This document shows positions 53,867 through 63,250 of a stretch of 64,000 nt of DNA, one piece after another. A model generated the notes under the pieces. It made no database searches. It saw only the letters and a list, made by a program, of their open reading frames with translations, and was not told where the DNA came from. The stretch lies in sequence record NC_019408.1; one strand, given 5' to 3'. The number at the start of each line of letters is the position of its first letter. Within the stretch, counting starts at the first letter, position 1. A program made the translations under genes and the position numbers.

Positions 53867-54234
53867 CCCTGCTCTATGACGGCGCCCTGGAAGGCAACTG
53901 CGTCGGCCGCTTCGTGCGCGCCGGCCAGACCTTCGACGTCATCCGCCCCGGCTACGACGCCCAAGGGGTCAAGCGCCAGACCTGGACCCAGATCATCCAC
54001 GACGGCGTGCCGGTCTTCGAGGTCAAGGTCCGCACCGACCTCGACAACGTGATCGACCGCTTCGACGCGCTCTGGGAACGCCACATCGGCGATGACGACG
54101 ACCTGCTGGCCCGCGCCCTGACCTCGGTCAAGCGCGAGCGGGCCTCCAAGTTCCGCGATGGCAAGGCCGGCGTCGCGCCCGCCCCGACCCTGGCCCATGA
54201 CGAGCATCCCTACCCGCCGCATTATGTCGCATAA
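53863..54234 (+). CDS. Hypothetical protein
   Basis: TTG start overlaps the upstream stop. Confidence 0.65.
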   Translation: MTLLYDGALEGNCVGRFVRAGQTFDVIRPGYDAQGVKRQTWTQIIHDGVPVFEVKVRTDLDNVIDRFDALWERHIGDDDDLLARALTSVKRERASKFRDGKAGVAPAPTLAHDEHPYPPHYVA

Positions 54235-54250
54235 TGTTGGCGTGAGACTG

Positions 54251-54279
54251 TTGACATCTCTGATTTTGTGACATAGAAG
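54251..54279 (+). promoter_or_regulatory. sigma70-type promoter of the recombinase gene
   Basis: TTGACA, 17-nt spacer, TAGAAG. Confidence 0.5.
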
Positions 54280-54308
54280 CCTCCTCGACGACAACGAAGG
54301 AGGCTTTC

Positions 54309-54935
54309 ATGCCCAAGCGGATCAAAGGCAAGCGTATCGCCCTGCACCAAGCCAAGGTGCTGGACGCCCAAGAGTTCCAGATGGTTCTCGACCGCGCCGA
54401 GCAGGGTGACAACCCGCTGCGTGACCGCGTGCTCTTCAAGCTCTCCTTCTACTGCGGCATGCGTGTCGCCGAGATCGCCGGCCTGGAGTGGCGCAAGCAC
54501 CTCCTGGACGCCAGCGGCCGGCTGCGCCCCGCCATCCACATCACCCACGACATCGGCAAGAACGCCGTCGCCCGCCACGTCCCGATCGAGGCGTCGCTGG
54601 CGGCTGACCTGCGCGCCCTGCGCAAGGAACGCGGCGGCGATCGCTTCGTTGTCTACCCGCTGCGCGCCTCGATGCGCGGTGGTCCCGAGAAGACCGACGC
54701 CAACACCCTGGCTCAATACATGCGCCGCATGTACCGCGAGATCGGGCTGGACGGCGCCTCGTCGCACTCGGGCCGCCGCACCTTCATCACCGATCTGGCG
54801 CGCAAGGCGAACATGTTCGACTGCTCGCTCCGGGACATCCAGGAGATGGTCGGGCACCGGCGGATCGAAACGACCGGGACCTATATCGAGACGAGCCCCC
54901 GCCAGGACCGGCTCGTCAACATGGTCCTGCGATAG
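54309..54935 (+). CDS. Tyrosine recombinase, catalytic domain only
   Basis: GMRVAEI (Arg), HSGRRTF (HxxR) and [12 protein letters not shown] (His, Tyr); 208 aa. Confidence 0.88.
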   Translation: MPKRIKGKRIALHQAKVLDAQEFQMVLDRAEQGDNPLRDRVLFKLSFYCGMRVAEIAGLEWRKHLLDASGRLRPAIHITHDIGKNAVARHVPIEASLAADLRALRKERGGDRFVVYPLRASMRGGPEKTDANTLAQYMRRMYREIGLDGASSHSGRRTFITDLARKANMFDCSLRDIQEMVGHRRIETTGTYIETSPRQDRLVNMVLR

Positions 54936-54944
54936 GGGGCGGCG

Positions 54945-55355
54945 ATGACCTTCATCTGCACCGAACTGGACAACGCCACCCCCGTCGACCTGGACGCGGC
55001 CGAGGCCCTCCTCGCCACGACCCCGCGCAAGCGCGCCAACTTCGCCAAGGCCAAGGGTGTCTGCCGCGAGTGCGGCGCGCCCAAGCACGAGCGCCGCCTG
55101 GGCGCGGACTTCTGCTCGGCCCGCTGCCGCTCGGACTTCCACAACCGGGCCAAGATGGAAGGCGCCTCGATCGTCCACATCATCAAGCGCTGGCGCCGTT
55201 ACCGCCGCCCCGGCGATTTCGCCCTGATGACCAAGATGGCTGATGACCTGATCCGCATGGACAAGGCCCTGAAGCGCGACTTCTACCCCGATCCGCCGGC
55301 CACCGCCCACGCCAAGGTCGTCGCCACCAATATCGCCGGCCGCCGCCGCGCCTGA
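54945..55355 (+). CDS. Hypothetical Zn-ribbon protein
   Basis: CRECG and FCSARC. Confidence 0.7.
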   Translation: MTFICTELDNATPVDLDAAEALLATTPRKRANFAKAKGVCRECGAPKHERRLGADFCSARCRSDFHNRAKMEGASIVHIIKRWRRYRRPGDFALMTKMADDLIRMDKALKRDFYPDPPATAHAKVVATNIAGRRRA

Positions 55356-55370
55356 AGTAAGGAGTACAGC

Positions 55371-55625
55371 TTGAACCAACCCACCGAGAAGCCCGTGTTC
55401 GCCACCGAGAGCGGCGGTTACCTTTTCCAGGTCTACGCCGCACCGGCTGACCACGGCCGCGCCTACCTGGGCTTCTGCGACGGCGTCCTGAGCGTCAGCG
55501 GCGACACCGTCGATGTCACCCTGCGCGCCCTGGCCCGCAAGCACGCCGAGCCCAAGCGCACGGCCCAGGTCATCGACTTCACCGCCGAAAAGCTCAAGCG
55601 CCTGGGCGCGGTGGTCGCGGCCTGA
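55371..55625 (+). CDS. Hypothetical protein
   Basis: TAAGGAG precedes the TTG start. Confidence 0.65.
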   Translation: MNQPTEKPVFATESGGYLFQVYAAPADHGRAYLGFCDGVLSVSGDTVDVTLRALARKHAEPKRTAQVIDFTAEKLKRLGAVVAA

Positions 55626-56014
55626 TGGCGTCTCCTGTCGAAGAGCGCCTGGACCCGACGATCCTGGCCCCGCTCATCTACCGCCACTTCTACAACGGTC
55701 CCGTCGGCGGCGCGGCCTTCCGCCTCGCGCGGATCATCCGCAACCACGCCATGGGCCTGCCGATCCTGTCGTTCGCCGAGGTGCTCGACGAGTACCTGAA
55801 CGCCAAGCTCGGACTCAATGACAGCGCCGACCCCGAGATCAGGGCGGAGAACGAGCGCACCCTCAAGACCGCCCGCGCGGCGTTCTGGAAGGCGCTCAAC
55901 GGCATAGGCGATCCCGAGCACGTCGACGGACTGGTCCGCTATGCCCAGGCCAAGAGCCTGAGCGAGTGCATCGCCGAGACCCTTGAAAAACGTCGTCCGC
56001 AACAACTGTCATGA
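55625..56014 (+). CDS. Hypothetical protein
   Basis: Translationally coupled ATG. Confidence 0.65.
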   Translation: MASPVEERLDPTILAPLIYRHFYNGPVGGAAFRLARIIRNHAMGLPILSFAEVLDEYLNAKLGLNDSADPEIRAENERTLKTARAAFWKALNGIGDPEHVDGLVRYAQAKSLSECIAETLEKRRPQQLS

Positions 56015-56047
56015 ATCTTGACACCTGTCGGGAAAGGGGGCTAGATG
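56007..56047 (+). promoter_or_regulatory. 17-bp motif plus primase promoter
   Basis: TGTCATGAATCTTGACA 56007-56023, followed by GCTAGAT near 56040-56046. Confidence 0.6.
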
Positions 56048-56081
56048 ACCCCCGCCTTTCACCCCCGTCCCGACAGGCTTC

Positions 56082-59000
56082 ATGTCCGATCCCTTTGATT
56101 TCCTCGCCGCGCTGTTCGCGGCGCATGAAGGCCCGATCGCCTTCGAACACGACAACAAGACCGTCAAGACCCGCGAACCTGAGTTCGTCGAGGATCATGC
56201 CGGCGCCCTTTACGTCTCGCCGTCCACGCCGGACGGCCGCGTCGCCTTCGTGTTTGGTTCCGACCAGGACGTCGACCGCGACGCCTGGGAGTCGTTCCGC
56301 CTCAAGCCGACCGTGGTCCTCTACAAGGAGAAGACCGGCGACATGATCGTCGCCTGGGCCTTCGAGGAGACCCAGGAGCCCGACGACGTCCGCCGGCTGG
56401 CCGACGCCCTGGGCATGGCTGATCTGGAAGAGCCGATCCCGCTGCCGGGCACCAACGGCTGGACCTTGGTCCACGCCGAGGAGAGCGACTACTACAAGCT
56501 CGACGAGGTCGAACGCGTGTACGCGCCTGACCGCAAGGTCGGCTACCCCGACCCGCCCAAGAACCGGCAAAAAGATCGGCAATTTTCTGACACGGCTTCC
56601 TCGCAAGCCTCGGAAAAGGCTGGGAAAAAGGCTGCTTCGAAGACCGGCAAGAAAACCGGCGCCGACGACCCGCCGTGGGACGAGGACCTCGGCGTTTATG
56701 CCGACGCCCAAATCAAGACCCGCTACGACGAGAGCGACCCGGCCCTGAGCCGCGAGATCATCGTCTCGGTCGGCGGCAACAGCAAGTCGATGAACTGGCA
56801 ACCCAAGGCCATGCCCCTGGGCGCGTTCGTCGCGCAGTTCTGCCAGCACCGCGAGGGCGCCAAGGATGGCGTCTCCTTCGTCATGGGCGACATGGTGCCC
56901 GGCCAGCGCAAGAAGACGGCGGTCAAGGCCCTCTACGCGGTGGGCCTGGACGTCGACGTCGGCATGGCCTCCTCGGCGATCGACGCGGCGCTGAAGAAGT
57001 TCGGCCGCATGGCCGTGCGCTACACCACCCACTCGCACCTGAAGTCGGTCACGGACGTCAAGAAGGACGTGCTGATCAAGTGGTGCGAGCAGGAAGCCGA
57101 CGGCGCCGACTACGAAGAGGACGAGGTCCTCCAGCGCTACTTCCTGGCCAAGGACCTGATGACGCCGGAGATCGCCAAGACGGTCGAGTTCAACGGCACC
57201 GAGCACAAGGATGGCGGCATCATGGTGAGCGTCAAGCACGCTCCCATCGCCAAGCACCGGATCATCGTGCCGCTCGCCGAGGCGTTCGACATCTCCAAGG
57301 TCGCCCCGACCCAGAAGGAGGCGATGGAAAAGTGGGCCAAGGTCCCGACCGCCCTGGCGGCGGAACTGGGCGTGCCGCTCGACAAGTCGTGCCTGGACCC
57401 CTCGCGCCTGTTCTATCTGCCGCGCCACGCCAAGGGCAAGCCGTTCGAGGTCAGCCTGTTCGGCGGCGACCTGTTCGACTGGAAGAGCCTGACGCTCGAC
57501 GATCCGTTCGAGGCCGAGATCGCCAAGCTCTCCAAGGGCACCAGCAAGTCCAAGACCGCCGCCGGCCGTGACCTCGGCCGCTGGTCGATGAAGGCCGCCC
57601 ACGGCTTCCAGGTCGTGCAGGTGATGGAGGAGCACTGCCCCGACAAGCTGCGCCATCAGGTCTCGGCCGGCTACGAGATCGAGTGCCCGTTCGACGACCT
57701 GCACTCCAACGCCGGCGACACCGAGGACCGCGCCTGTCTGGCGGTCAATGCCGGCGACGGCCCTAGCGAGTGGTTCACCGTCCGCTGCCAGCACGAGTCC
57801 TGCCGCGAGTTCACCAACCTCGACATGCTGGGCAAGATGGTCGAGGACGGTTGGTTCGATCGCGCCTGCCTGGACGACGAGGACTACAACATCGTCGAGG
57901 CCGAGAACGCTCCCAACCCGGTGGCGGCCAAGCGCATCGAGACCGAGGACAAGGCCAAGGAAGCCTACATGCAGGCGATCTTCGACCTGCCCGAGGTGGA
58001 CTTCACCGACGACGACGTCGACAAGGTGGTGCGGACCTGCTGCGAGGCCGCCCTGGGGACCCTGGCCGAGAACAAGGCCAAGGACGCCCTCAAGGCGCGC
58101 CTGGGCGTCAACGGCACGGTCATCAACAAGATGTTCAAGGACATGAAGGCGGCCATCGCCCGTGACCAGAACACCGAGGGCAACATCAAGGACCCGCTGG
58201 GCCGCAGCGTCTTCTCCTACGCTGGCGAGTTCAACTTCGACGAGGCGTTCTCCTGCTGCTTCCGGGCGCTGCTGAACACCAACCGCGAGAAGGACCAGCC
58301 GATCTTCTCCTGCTTGCAGGACAAGCCGGTCCGGATGGCGACGGACGTCGATGGGCGCCTGAAGTTCACCGAGATCGGGGCCTCGGCCGCGATGAACGCC
58401 GAACTGAACGAGCTTGTCACCTTCGTGCGCAAGAACGACCAGGGCACGGGTGTGCGCGGCCGGGTGCCTGACGACGTCGCCCGCCACGTCTACGAGAAGT
58501 GCTACACCCGTCTGCCCCGGACGCCCGAGATCATGTACACCCCGATCTATACGGCCGACGGTGACCTGATCCGCAAGCCGGGCTGGTATCAGAACCTGGA
58601 CATCATGATGGCCGACATCGGCTTCCAGGTGCCCAAGGTCTTCAGCGACCCCACGCCCGAGGAGGTCCAGGAGGCCGTGCGCCTGCTGACCGACGACGTG
58701 CTGATCGACTTCCCGTTCCTGGACTACGACACCCAGGGCAACGAGCGTCGCGAGCCGTCGCTGGCCAACGCCATGGCGATGTTGATCACCCCGTTCATGC
58801 GCCGCATGATCGATAGCTGCACCCCGGTGTTCTTCGTCTCCAAGCCCACGCCGGGCACGGGCGGCACGTTCCTGGGCATGGTGCCGATCATCCTCTTCGA
58901 CGGGGAAGAGCCGGCCCCGATCCGCTATACCCAGAACGAGGAGGAGATGCAGAAGGCCCTCCTGGCGTCGCTGATGAATTCGAAGGCCTACCTGTTCTTC

Positions 59001-59738
59001 GATGACGTGAAGGAGTTTAACAACCGGGTGTTGCTGATGGCGATCACCTCGCGTTATATTGGTGGCCGCGTCCTGGGCTCCTCGAAGAACATCGAGATGC
59101 CCAACAACTCGATCTGGATCGCCACGGGCAACAACCCGCTGATCTCCTCGGAAATGGCCCGCCGGGTGGTCGACATCCGCCTCAACGCCAAGACCTCGGA
59201 CATCCAGAAGCGCACCTATCGCCACCCCGACTACGTCCAGTGGCTGAAGGCCAACCGGGGCGAGATCGTCCACGCGATCCTGACCCTGATCGCCCACTGG
59301 ATCAACTGCGGCATGCCCAAGTTCACGGCGCGCAAGCGTGCCTCGTTCGAGGACTGGTCCGAGAAGGTCGGCGGCGTGCTGATGTGCGCCAACATCGACG
59401 GCTTCCTGGACAACCGCCGCTCGGTGGCCGCCGACATGGACGAGGCCGCGATCAAGCAGTTCGTCCGCGACTGGCTGCTGAAGTGGGGCGAGAAGGCTCC
59501 GGTCAAGATCGCCGACCTGTGGAGCTACGCTTTCGACATGGAACTCGACATCGTGTCGGGCGCCAACGACGACCAGAAGAAGGCCCGCTTCATGCGCATC
59601 CTTCCGACCCTGGACGGCCGGACGTTCAAGATGCCGCGCGGCGACTGCATGGTCCGCGCAGGCGCCGACGTCGACGGCAACGTCACCTATCATCTGGAGC
59701 GCTTGAGCGCGCCGGAGGAGGTCCTGGAGACTGCCTGA
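56082..59738 (+). CDS. Multidomain primase(-polymerase)/helicase-like replication protein
   Basis: AEP-like LDVD...YTTHSH, Zn module CPFDDLHS...CQHESC, and a C-terminal P-loop-like region (PGTGGT, FFDD, ATGNN). Confidence 0.65.
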   Translation: MSDPFDFLAALFAAHEGPIAFEHDNKTVKTREPEFVEDHAGALYVSPSTPDGRVAFVFGSDQDVDRDAWESFRLKPTVVLYKEKTGDMIVAWAFEETQEPDDVRRLADALGMADLEEPIPLPGTNGWTLVHAEESDYYKLDEVERVYAPDRKVGYPDPPKNRQKDRQFSDTASSQASEKAGKKAASKTGKKTGADDPPWDEDLGVYADAQIKTRYDESDPALSREIIVSVGGNSKSMNWQPKAMPLGAFVAQFCQHREGAKDGVSFVMGDMVPGQRKKTAVKALYAVGLDVDVGMASSAIDAALKKFGRMAVRYTTHSHLKSVTDVKKDVLIKWCEQEADGADYEEDEVLQRYFLAKDLMTPEIAKTVEFNGTEHKDGGIMVSVKHAPIAKHRIIVPLAEAFDISKVAPTQKEAMEKWAKVPTALAAELGVPLDKSCLDPSRLFYLPRHAKGKPFEVSLFGGDLFDWKSLTLDDPFEAEIAKLSKGTSKSKTAAGRDLGRWSMKAAHGFQVVQVMEEHCPDKLRHQVSAGYEIECPFDDLHSNAGDTEDRACLAVNAGDGPSEWFTVRCQHESCREFTNLDMLGKMVEDGWFDRACLDDEDYNIVEAENAPNPVAAKRIETEDKAKEAYMQAIFDLPEVDFTDDDVDKVVRTCCEAALGTLAENKAKDALKARLGVNGTVINKMFKDMKAAIARDQNTEGNIKDPLGRSVFSYAGEFNFDEAFSCCFRALLNTNREKDQPIFSCLQDKPVRMATDVDGRLKFTEIGASAAMNAELNELVTFVRKNDQGTGVRGRVPDDVARHVYEKCYTRLPRTPEIMYTPIYTADGDLIRKPGWYQNLDIMMADIGFQVPKVFSDPTPEEVQEAVRLLTDDVLIDFPFLDYDTQGNERREPSLANAMAMLITPFMRRMIDSCTPVFFVSKPTPGTGGTFLGMVPIILFDGEEPAPIRYTQNEEEMQKALLASLMNSKAYLFFDDVKEFNNRVLLMAITSRYIGGRVLGSSKNIEMPNNSIWIATGNNPLISSEMARRVVDIRLNAKTSDIQKRTYRHPDYVQWLKANRGEIVHAILTLIAHWINCGMPKFTARKRASFEDWSEKVGGVLMCANIDGFLDNRRSVAADMDEAAIKQFVRDWLLKWGEKAPVKIADLWSYAFDMELDIVSGANDDQKKARFMRILPTLDGRTFKMPRGDCMVRAGADVDGNVTYHLERLSAPEEVLETA

Positions 59739-59765
59739 CGGGGGTGAGTGCTCCAGGACTACGAG

Positions 59766-59796
59766 AAAGGCCCCAGGAGCGATCCTGGGGCCTTTT
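59766..59796. terminator. Bidirectional terminator
   Basis: AAAGGCCCCAGGA-GCGA-TCCTGGGGCCTTTT. Confidence 0.85.
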
Positions 59797-59807
59797 GAGT
59801 TGTAGCC

Positions 59808-60197
59808 TTAGAGCCAGACGACCCGAGGCGGTTTGCCCCGCTCACGCACGATCCTGACGTCGCCGCTCGCGACGAGCTTGGCGAACATCTTGTCGAGCGA
59901 GGAGGTCTTGGTCTTGCCCTTCTGGGCGGCCTGGGCGCGCCGGCGCTGGCGGCGGTTCATCTGCCCTTCATCGGCGACGGCGTAATTGGTGCTGTCGGGC
60001 TCGGAGCCCCGGCCGTAGCTCATCTCGAACGAGGCCGACTGGAGTTCCTGGCGGGTGAGCTTGCCGCTGGTGATCGCTTGGTCCAGGACGGCGATCGCAT
60101 CGGGCGGGTACTTGTCGCGGACGGCCTCCAGATAGGCCGCCTTCTCCTCGGGGGAGAGGGCCTCGGCCGGGTCGAGAGTGGAGGGGTGAGGCGTCAT
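59808..60197 (-). CDS. Hypothetical protein
   Basis: GGAG precedes the ATG; ends at the terminator. Confidence 0.7.
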   Translation of the reverse strand: MTPHPSTLDPAEALSPEEKAAYLEAVRDKYPPDAIAVLDQAITSGKLTRQELQSASFEMSYGRGSEPDSTNYAVADEGQMNRRQRRRAQAAQKGKTKTSSLDKMFAKLVASGDVRIVRERGKPPRVVWL

Positions 60198-60218
60198 GAA
60201 AATCTCCAGAGGCGGGAA

Positions 60219-60235
60219 TGTCGCCCTTCATGACA
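60219..60235. promoter_or_regulatory. Degenerate copy of the 17-bp motif in a divergent intergenic region
   Basis: TGTCGCCCTTCATGACA (TGTC-N9-GACA). Confidence 0.45.
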
Positions 60236-60312
60236 CGCCCGGCAGTAGACGTAAAGTGTTGACAGACGACACTCGATCCCGGTATGTGATCCTTGTACGG
60301 TAAGGGAAACCG

Positions 60313-60912
60313 ATGAACGACGACGATTTGGACTGGCAGGACGGCGAGCTTTCGCCGGCCCGCGCTCCGGTCACGACCAAGGACATCGCCGATGTCGCCC
60401 AGGCTCCGGCCGGCGGGCGGATGGCGGCGATGCGTGAAGCGGGTGATGCGCATCGGCGCGACTTCCTGCTCCTGCGCGGTCCGCTGGGCGTGGTCCGTCT
60501 GTCGCTCGCGCACGTTCCGGCGCTGCACGCTCTTTGGCGAGTCTGGTCGCGCAAGCGCACGGCCCAGACCGCCGATCCTGGCGCCAGTCTTGCAGAGATC
60601 GGCGAGGAGATGAATTTGCCGGCGGCCTCGGTGCGTCCGATGGTCGTCAGCCTGCTCAAGAACCGACTCATCCGGACGCGGCGCAGCCACCACGGATGGC
60701 AAGGGGTGCGGGCGACCTACTACCCGTCGGCGATCGCCGTCCAGGCCCTGGCCTTGGCGGAGGTCCTCGGTCCGGGGCATGCGGTTCAGGTGGGGCGCAA
60801 CGCCTCGGCCTGGGCCAATCGCAGCCTGACCGAACCCGGCAACCTGTTCCAACACGCCGCCTTGTTGCGCGGCGGGGCTCCCCTCGGGGCCTCCGAGACG
60901 GAGTATTCATGA
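60313..60912 (+). CDS. Putative winged-HTH protein
   Basis: SLAEIGEEMNLPAASVRPMVVSLLKNRLI. Confidence 0.55.
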   Translation: MNDDDLDWQDGELSPARAPVTTKDIADVAQAPAGGRMAAMREAGDAHRRDFLLLRGPLGVVRLSLAHVPALHALWRVWSRKRTAQTADPGASLAEIGEEMNLPAASVRPMVVSLLKNRLIRTRRSHHGWQGVRATYYPSAIAVQALALAEVLGPGHAVQVGRNASAWANRSLTEPGNLFQHAALLRGGAPLGASETEYS

Positions 60913-60913
60913 G

Positions 60914-61330
60914 ATGCCTCAACGCCAAAAAGACGTCCAAGCCCAAGCCGACAAGCCCGCTGGGGCTCAGGGAGGCGCGCAGCCTGGAAGTTCTCAAGGC
61001 GAGGCCGCCCAGGCTGCGCAGCTTCTGAGCCCCGAGGCGATCGGTCAGATCGGCGAAGCGCTCGGCGGCCGGACCCATTGGCAGGCCTCGATCGCCCGCC
61101 GCGTCGGCGTCTCCAAGTCGCAGATCACCCGCTACCTCAACGGCGATCGCACGCCCAACACCGCGCTGGGCGACAGCTATCTCGAACTGATGCTCGACAA
61201 CCTCGCCGAGCTTTCGGACCTGCTCTCGACGCCCGGCCTGCCCCAGGCTGACGGTGCCGACGTCGCCGAAGCCCAGCGCCACATCCATCACGCCGTGCGC
61301 CTCCTGCGCGACAAAGTTCTCTACGCCTGA
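60914..61330 (+). CDS. HTH (XRE-like) protein
   Basis: WQASIARRVGVSKSQITRYLNGDRTP. Confidence 0.65.
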   Translation: MPQRQKDVQAQADKPAGAQGGAQPGSSQGEAAQAAQLLSPEAIGQIGEALGGRTHWQASIARRVGVSKSQITRYLNGDRTPNTALGDSYLELMLDNLAELSDLLSTPGLPQADGADVAEAQRHIHHAVRLLRDKVLYA

Positions 61331-61338
61331 AGGACCCC

Positions 61339-61800
61339 ATGACGACCCTGATCGAACAACTCCGCAACGACGCCCTGGCCGCGCGCAAGGCCGCCATCAA
61401 GAAGGAAGCCGGCGGTGAGCACGCCGCGCTCCTGGCCTCGGTGGCGTCCGACGCCACCATGATCGGCAAGAACGACCGCGCCGCGCCCGGCCGCGAACCG
61501 ACCGACGACGAGACCGCCAAGGTCGTGAAGAAGTACATCGCCGGCCTGGAGACCTCGATCGAGGCCGCCCGGAGCGAGGAGGAGCGCTCGCGCTTCATCG
61601 TCGAGAAGCGGCGCCTGGAGGGCTTCCTGCCGCAGATGCTCGACGGCGGTCACCTGACCGACGCCATCCACGTGACCCTGGCCAAGCTGGGCGTCGATCG
61701 CGACGTCAAGAGCACCAAGGCGGTGGTCGCCGATCTGCAAGAGACCTACCCCGGTCAGATTGACCCGGCGGCCGTCTCGCGCTACCTTCGCAACGTCTGA
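61339..61800 (+). CDS. GatB/YqeY-domain protein
   Basis: L.....ARK, K..R...D....V.KK, E...LE.FLPQML and M...V..L....G..D pattern. Confidence 0.75.
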   Translation: MTTLIEQLRNDALAARKAAIKKEAGGEHAALLASVASDATMIGKNDRAAPGREPTDDETAKVVKKYIAGLETSIEAARSEEERSRFIVEKRRLEGFLPQMLDGGHLTDAIHVTLAKLGVDRDVKSTKAVVADLQETYPGQIDPAAVSRYLRNV

Positions 61801-61827
61801 TCCCAGACGAAATCCCAACCAGAACTC

Positions 61828-61857
61828 AAAAGGCCCCGGAGCGATCCGGGGCCTTTT
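61828..61857. terminator. Bidirectional terminator
   Basis: AAAAGGCCCCGGA-GCGA-TCCGGGGCCTTTT. Confidence 0.85.
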
Positions 61858-61869
61858 CTTCGTCCAGGT

Positions 61870-62190
61870 CTACCGGCGCTGCGCCGGCGGATCGCCATAG
61901 ATGACGGGGTAGTGGGCGCGCACGTCAGGCGGCGTGAAGTCGCCCCCGTCCTTGACGCACTCGCGCGCCCGCATGACGGTGTGGTCGTAGAGGGTCAGAA
62001 GCTCCTCGCGCGTCAGCGCCATCAGGGCGTTGGTGAACCAGACGCGCTGGGAGCCGTGGACCTCGGTCGGCTCGTAAGGCAGCGGCGCGGTCAAGAACAC
62101 CTGATGCGCGCGGTTCTCACGCCAGTTGGCGATCTTGAGCGCCCGCTGGAGGAGGCCCATGGGGTTGACGTCTTCGTTAGGCGGCTTCAT
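61870..62190 (-). CDS. Hypothetical protein
   Basis: MKPPNEDVNP...; start overlaps the end of the ligase gene. Confidence 0.6.
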   Translation of the reverse strand: MKPPNEDVNPMGLLQRALKIANWRENRAHQVFLTAPLPYEPTEVHGSQRVWFTNALMALTREELLTLYDHTVMRARECVKDGGDFTPPDVRAHYPVIYGDPPAQRR

Positions 62191-63250
62191 CGTCGGTGTC
62201 CTCTTGCTTGGCCAGCCAGTCGGCGTAGAGCGCCTCCAGGACCTTGACGCGGGCGCCGTCCATGTCGGACGGATCACGCAGGCCCTCGAACACCCCGTGG
62301 CGCGGCAGGTCGTAGTCGCCGGCCAGGGCGTAGCTCATCTTGACGAACTGACCCACCGGCGGGTTGACGAAGTAGTCGGCCTTGGTCTTGTCGTTGAGGC
62401 CCGAGGCGATCCGCGCCACCTTGCCCGGCCATTCGGGGAAGATCACCAGCAGCTTGCCGGCGCGGCCCTTGGCGGCCTTGTTCGCCTTGTGGGTCGAGCG
62501 CTTGGTGTAGCCGCGCTCGTCGAGCGTCGCCTCGTTGTTGTTGGCGAACTCCTCCTCGACGCCGATGCAGACGCCCTCCAGGTCGGCCTTGTCCTTGGCC
62601 TTGACGTTGTAGCCCTCCAGGACCGTCGAGCGGCCGGGCTTGTAGGGGCCGTCGATCGCGCAGAAGATCAGGCCCTCGTCCTCGTTCTCCAGCGCCTCCA
62701 GGTACATGGCCAGCGCCTCCTCGGCGTTGCGAAGCAGGCGCTGCTCCAGGACCACTACCCACGACGGCAGGGACAGTTCCAGGGCCTTGAGCGCGGCGAG
62801 GCGCTCGGCCTTGCCGCCCGGCGCCAGGAAGTGCTCGAAGACATAGTAGCGGATGTCGGGCTCGCCCTCATGGGTCATCACCGCCGAGGTCGAGCCCCGG
62901 AAGTTCAGCTTGCCATCGGTCAGGATGCCGATCTCGCCGTCCAGGCCGTGCGGCAGCGTCGACAGCAGCTTGCGCACGTGCAGGTTCGGGATGTACTTCA
63001 GCGACCGGGTGATGCCGTGGCCGATCGTGTCGCGCTCGTTGGTCACCCAGCCGGCCTCGGTGTGGGTGATCGCCGCCTCGATCCTGTCGGGATGCACCGG
63101 CGAGACGCTGGCCCGGACCCCGTCCTTTTTGAAGGACCCGTAGCAGGGGAACGTGATCCGCGTGGCGAACTCGCTGGGCTTGACCGAGTCGGTGTCGGCT
63201 AGGGCGATACGGAAGCGCTTGTAAAGCTTGGGCTTCTTGATCTTGCTCAT
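62177..63250 (-). CDS. ATP-dependent DNA ligase
   Basis: KKDGVRA (KxDG), LDGEI, EGLIF, YKPGRS and an OB domain with LPRHGVF. ATG at 63250. Confidence 0.88.
   Translation of the reverse strand: MSKIKKPKLYKRFRIALADTDSVKPSEFATRITFPCYGSFKKDGVRASVSPVHPDRIEAAITHTEAGWVTNERDTIGHGITRSLKYIPNLHVRKLLSTLPHGLDGEIGILTDGKLNFRGSTSAVMTHEGEPDIRYYVFEHFLAPGGKAERLAALKALELSLPSWVVVLEQRLLRNAEEALAMYLEALENEDEGLIFCAIDGPYKPGRSTVLEGYNVKAKDKADLEGVCIGVEEEFANNNEATLDERGYTKRSTHKANKAAKGRAGKLLVIFPEWPGKVARIASGLNDKTKADYFVNPPVGQFVKMSYALAGDYDLPRHGVFEGLRDPSDMDGARVKVLEALYADWLAKQEDTDDEAA

Noticed and set aside
54309-54935. Prophage integrase with attP in the tmRNA/tRNA genes
   Set aside because: No att duplication, no host genes, and no arm-binding domain in the window.
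7346-59693. Very long antisense ORFs (e.g. 7346-10849, 12255-15533, 22076-24976, 26929-30189, 41541-44285, 50524-53232, 55896-59693)
   Set aside because: They are shadows of real genes on the opposite strand, produced by high-GC codon bias, and show no recognisable motifs.
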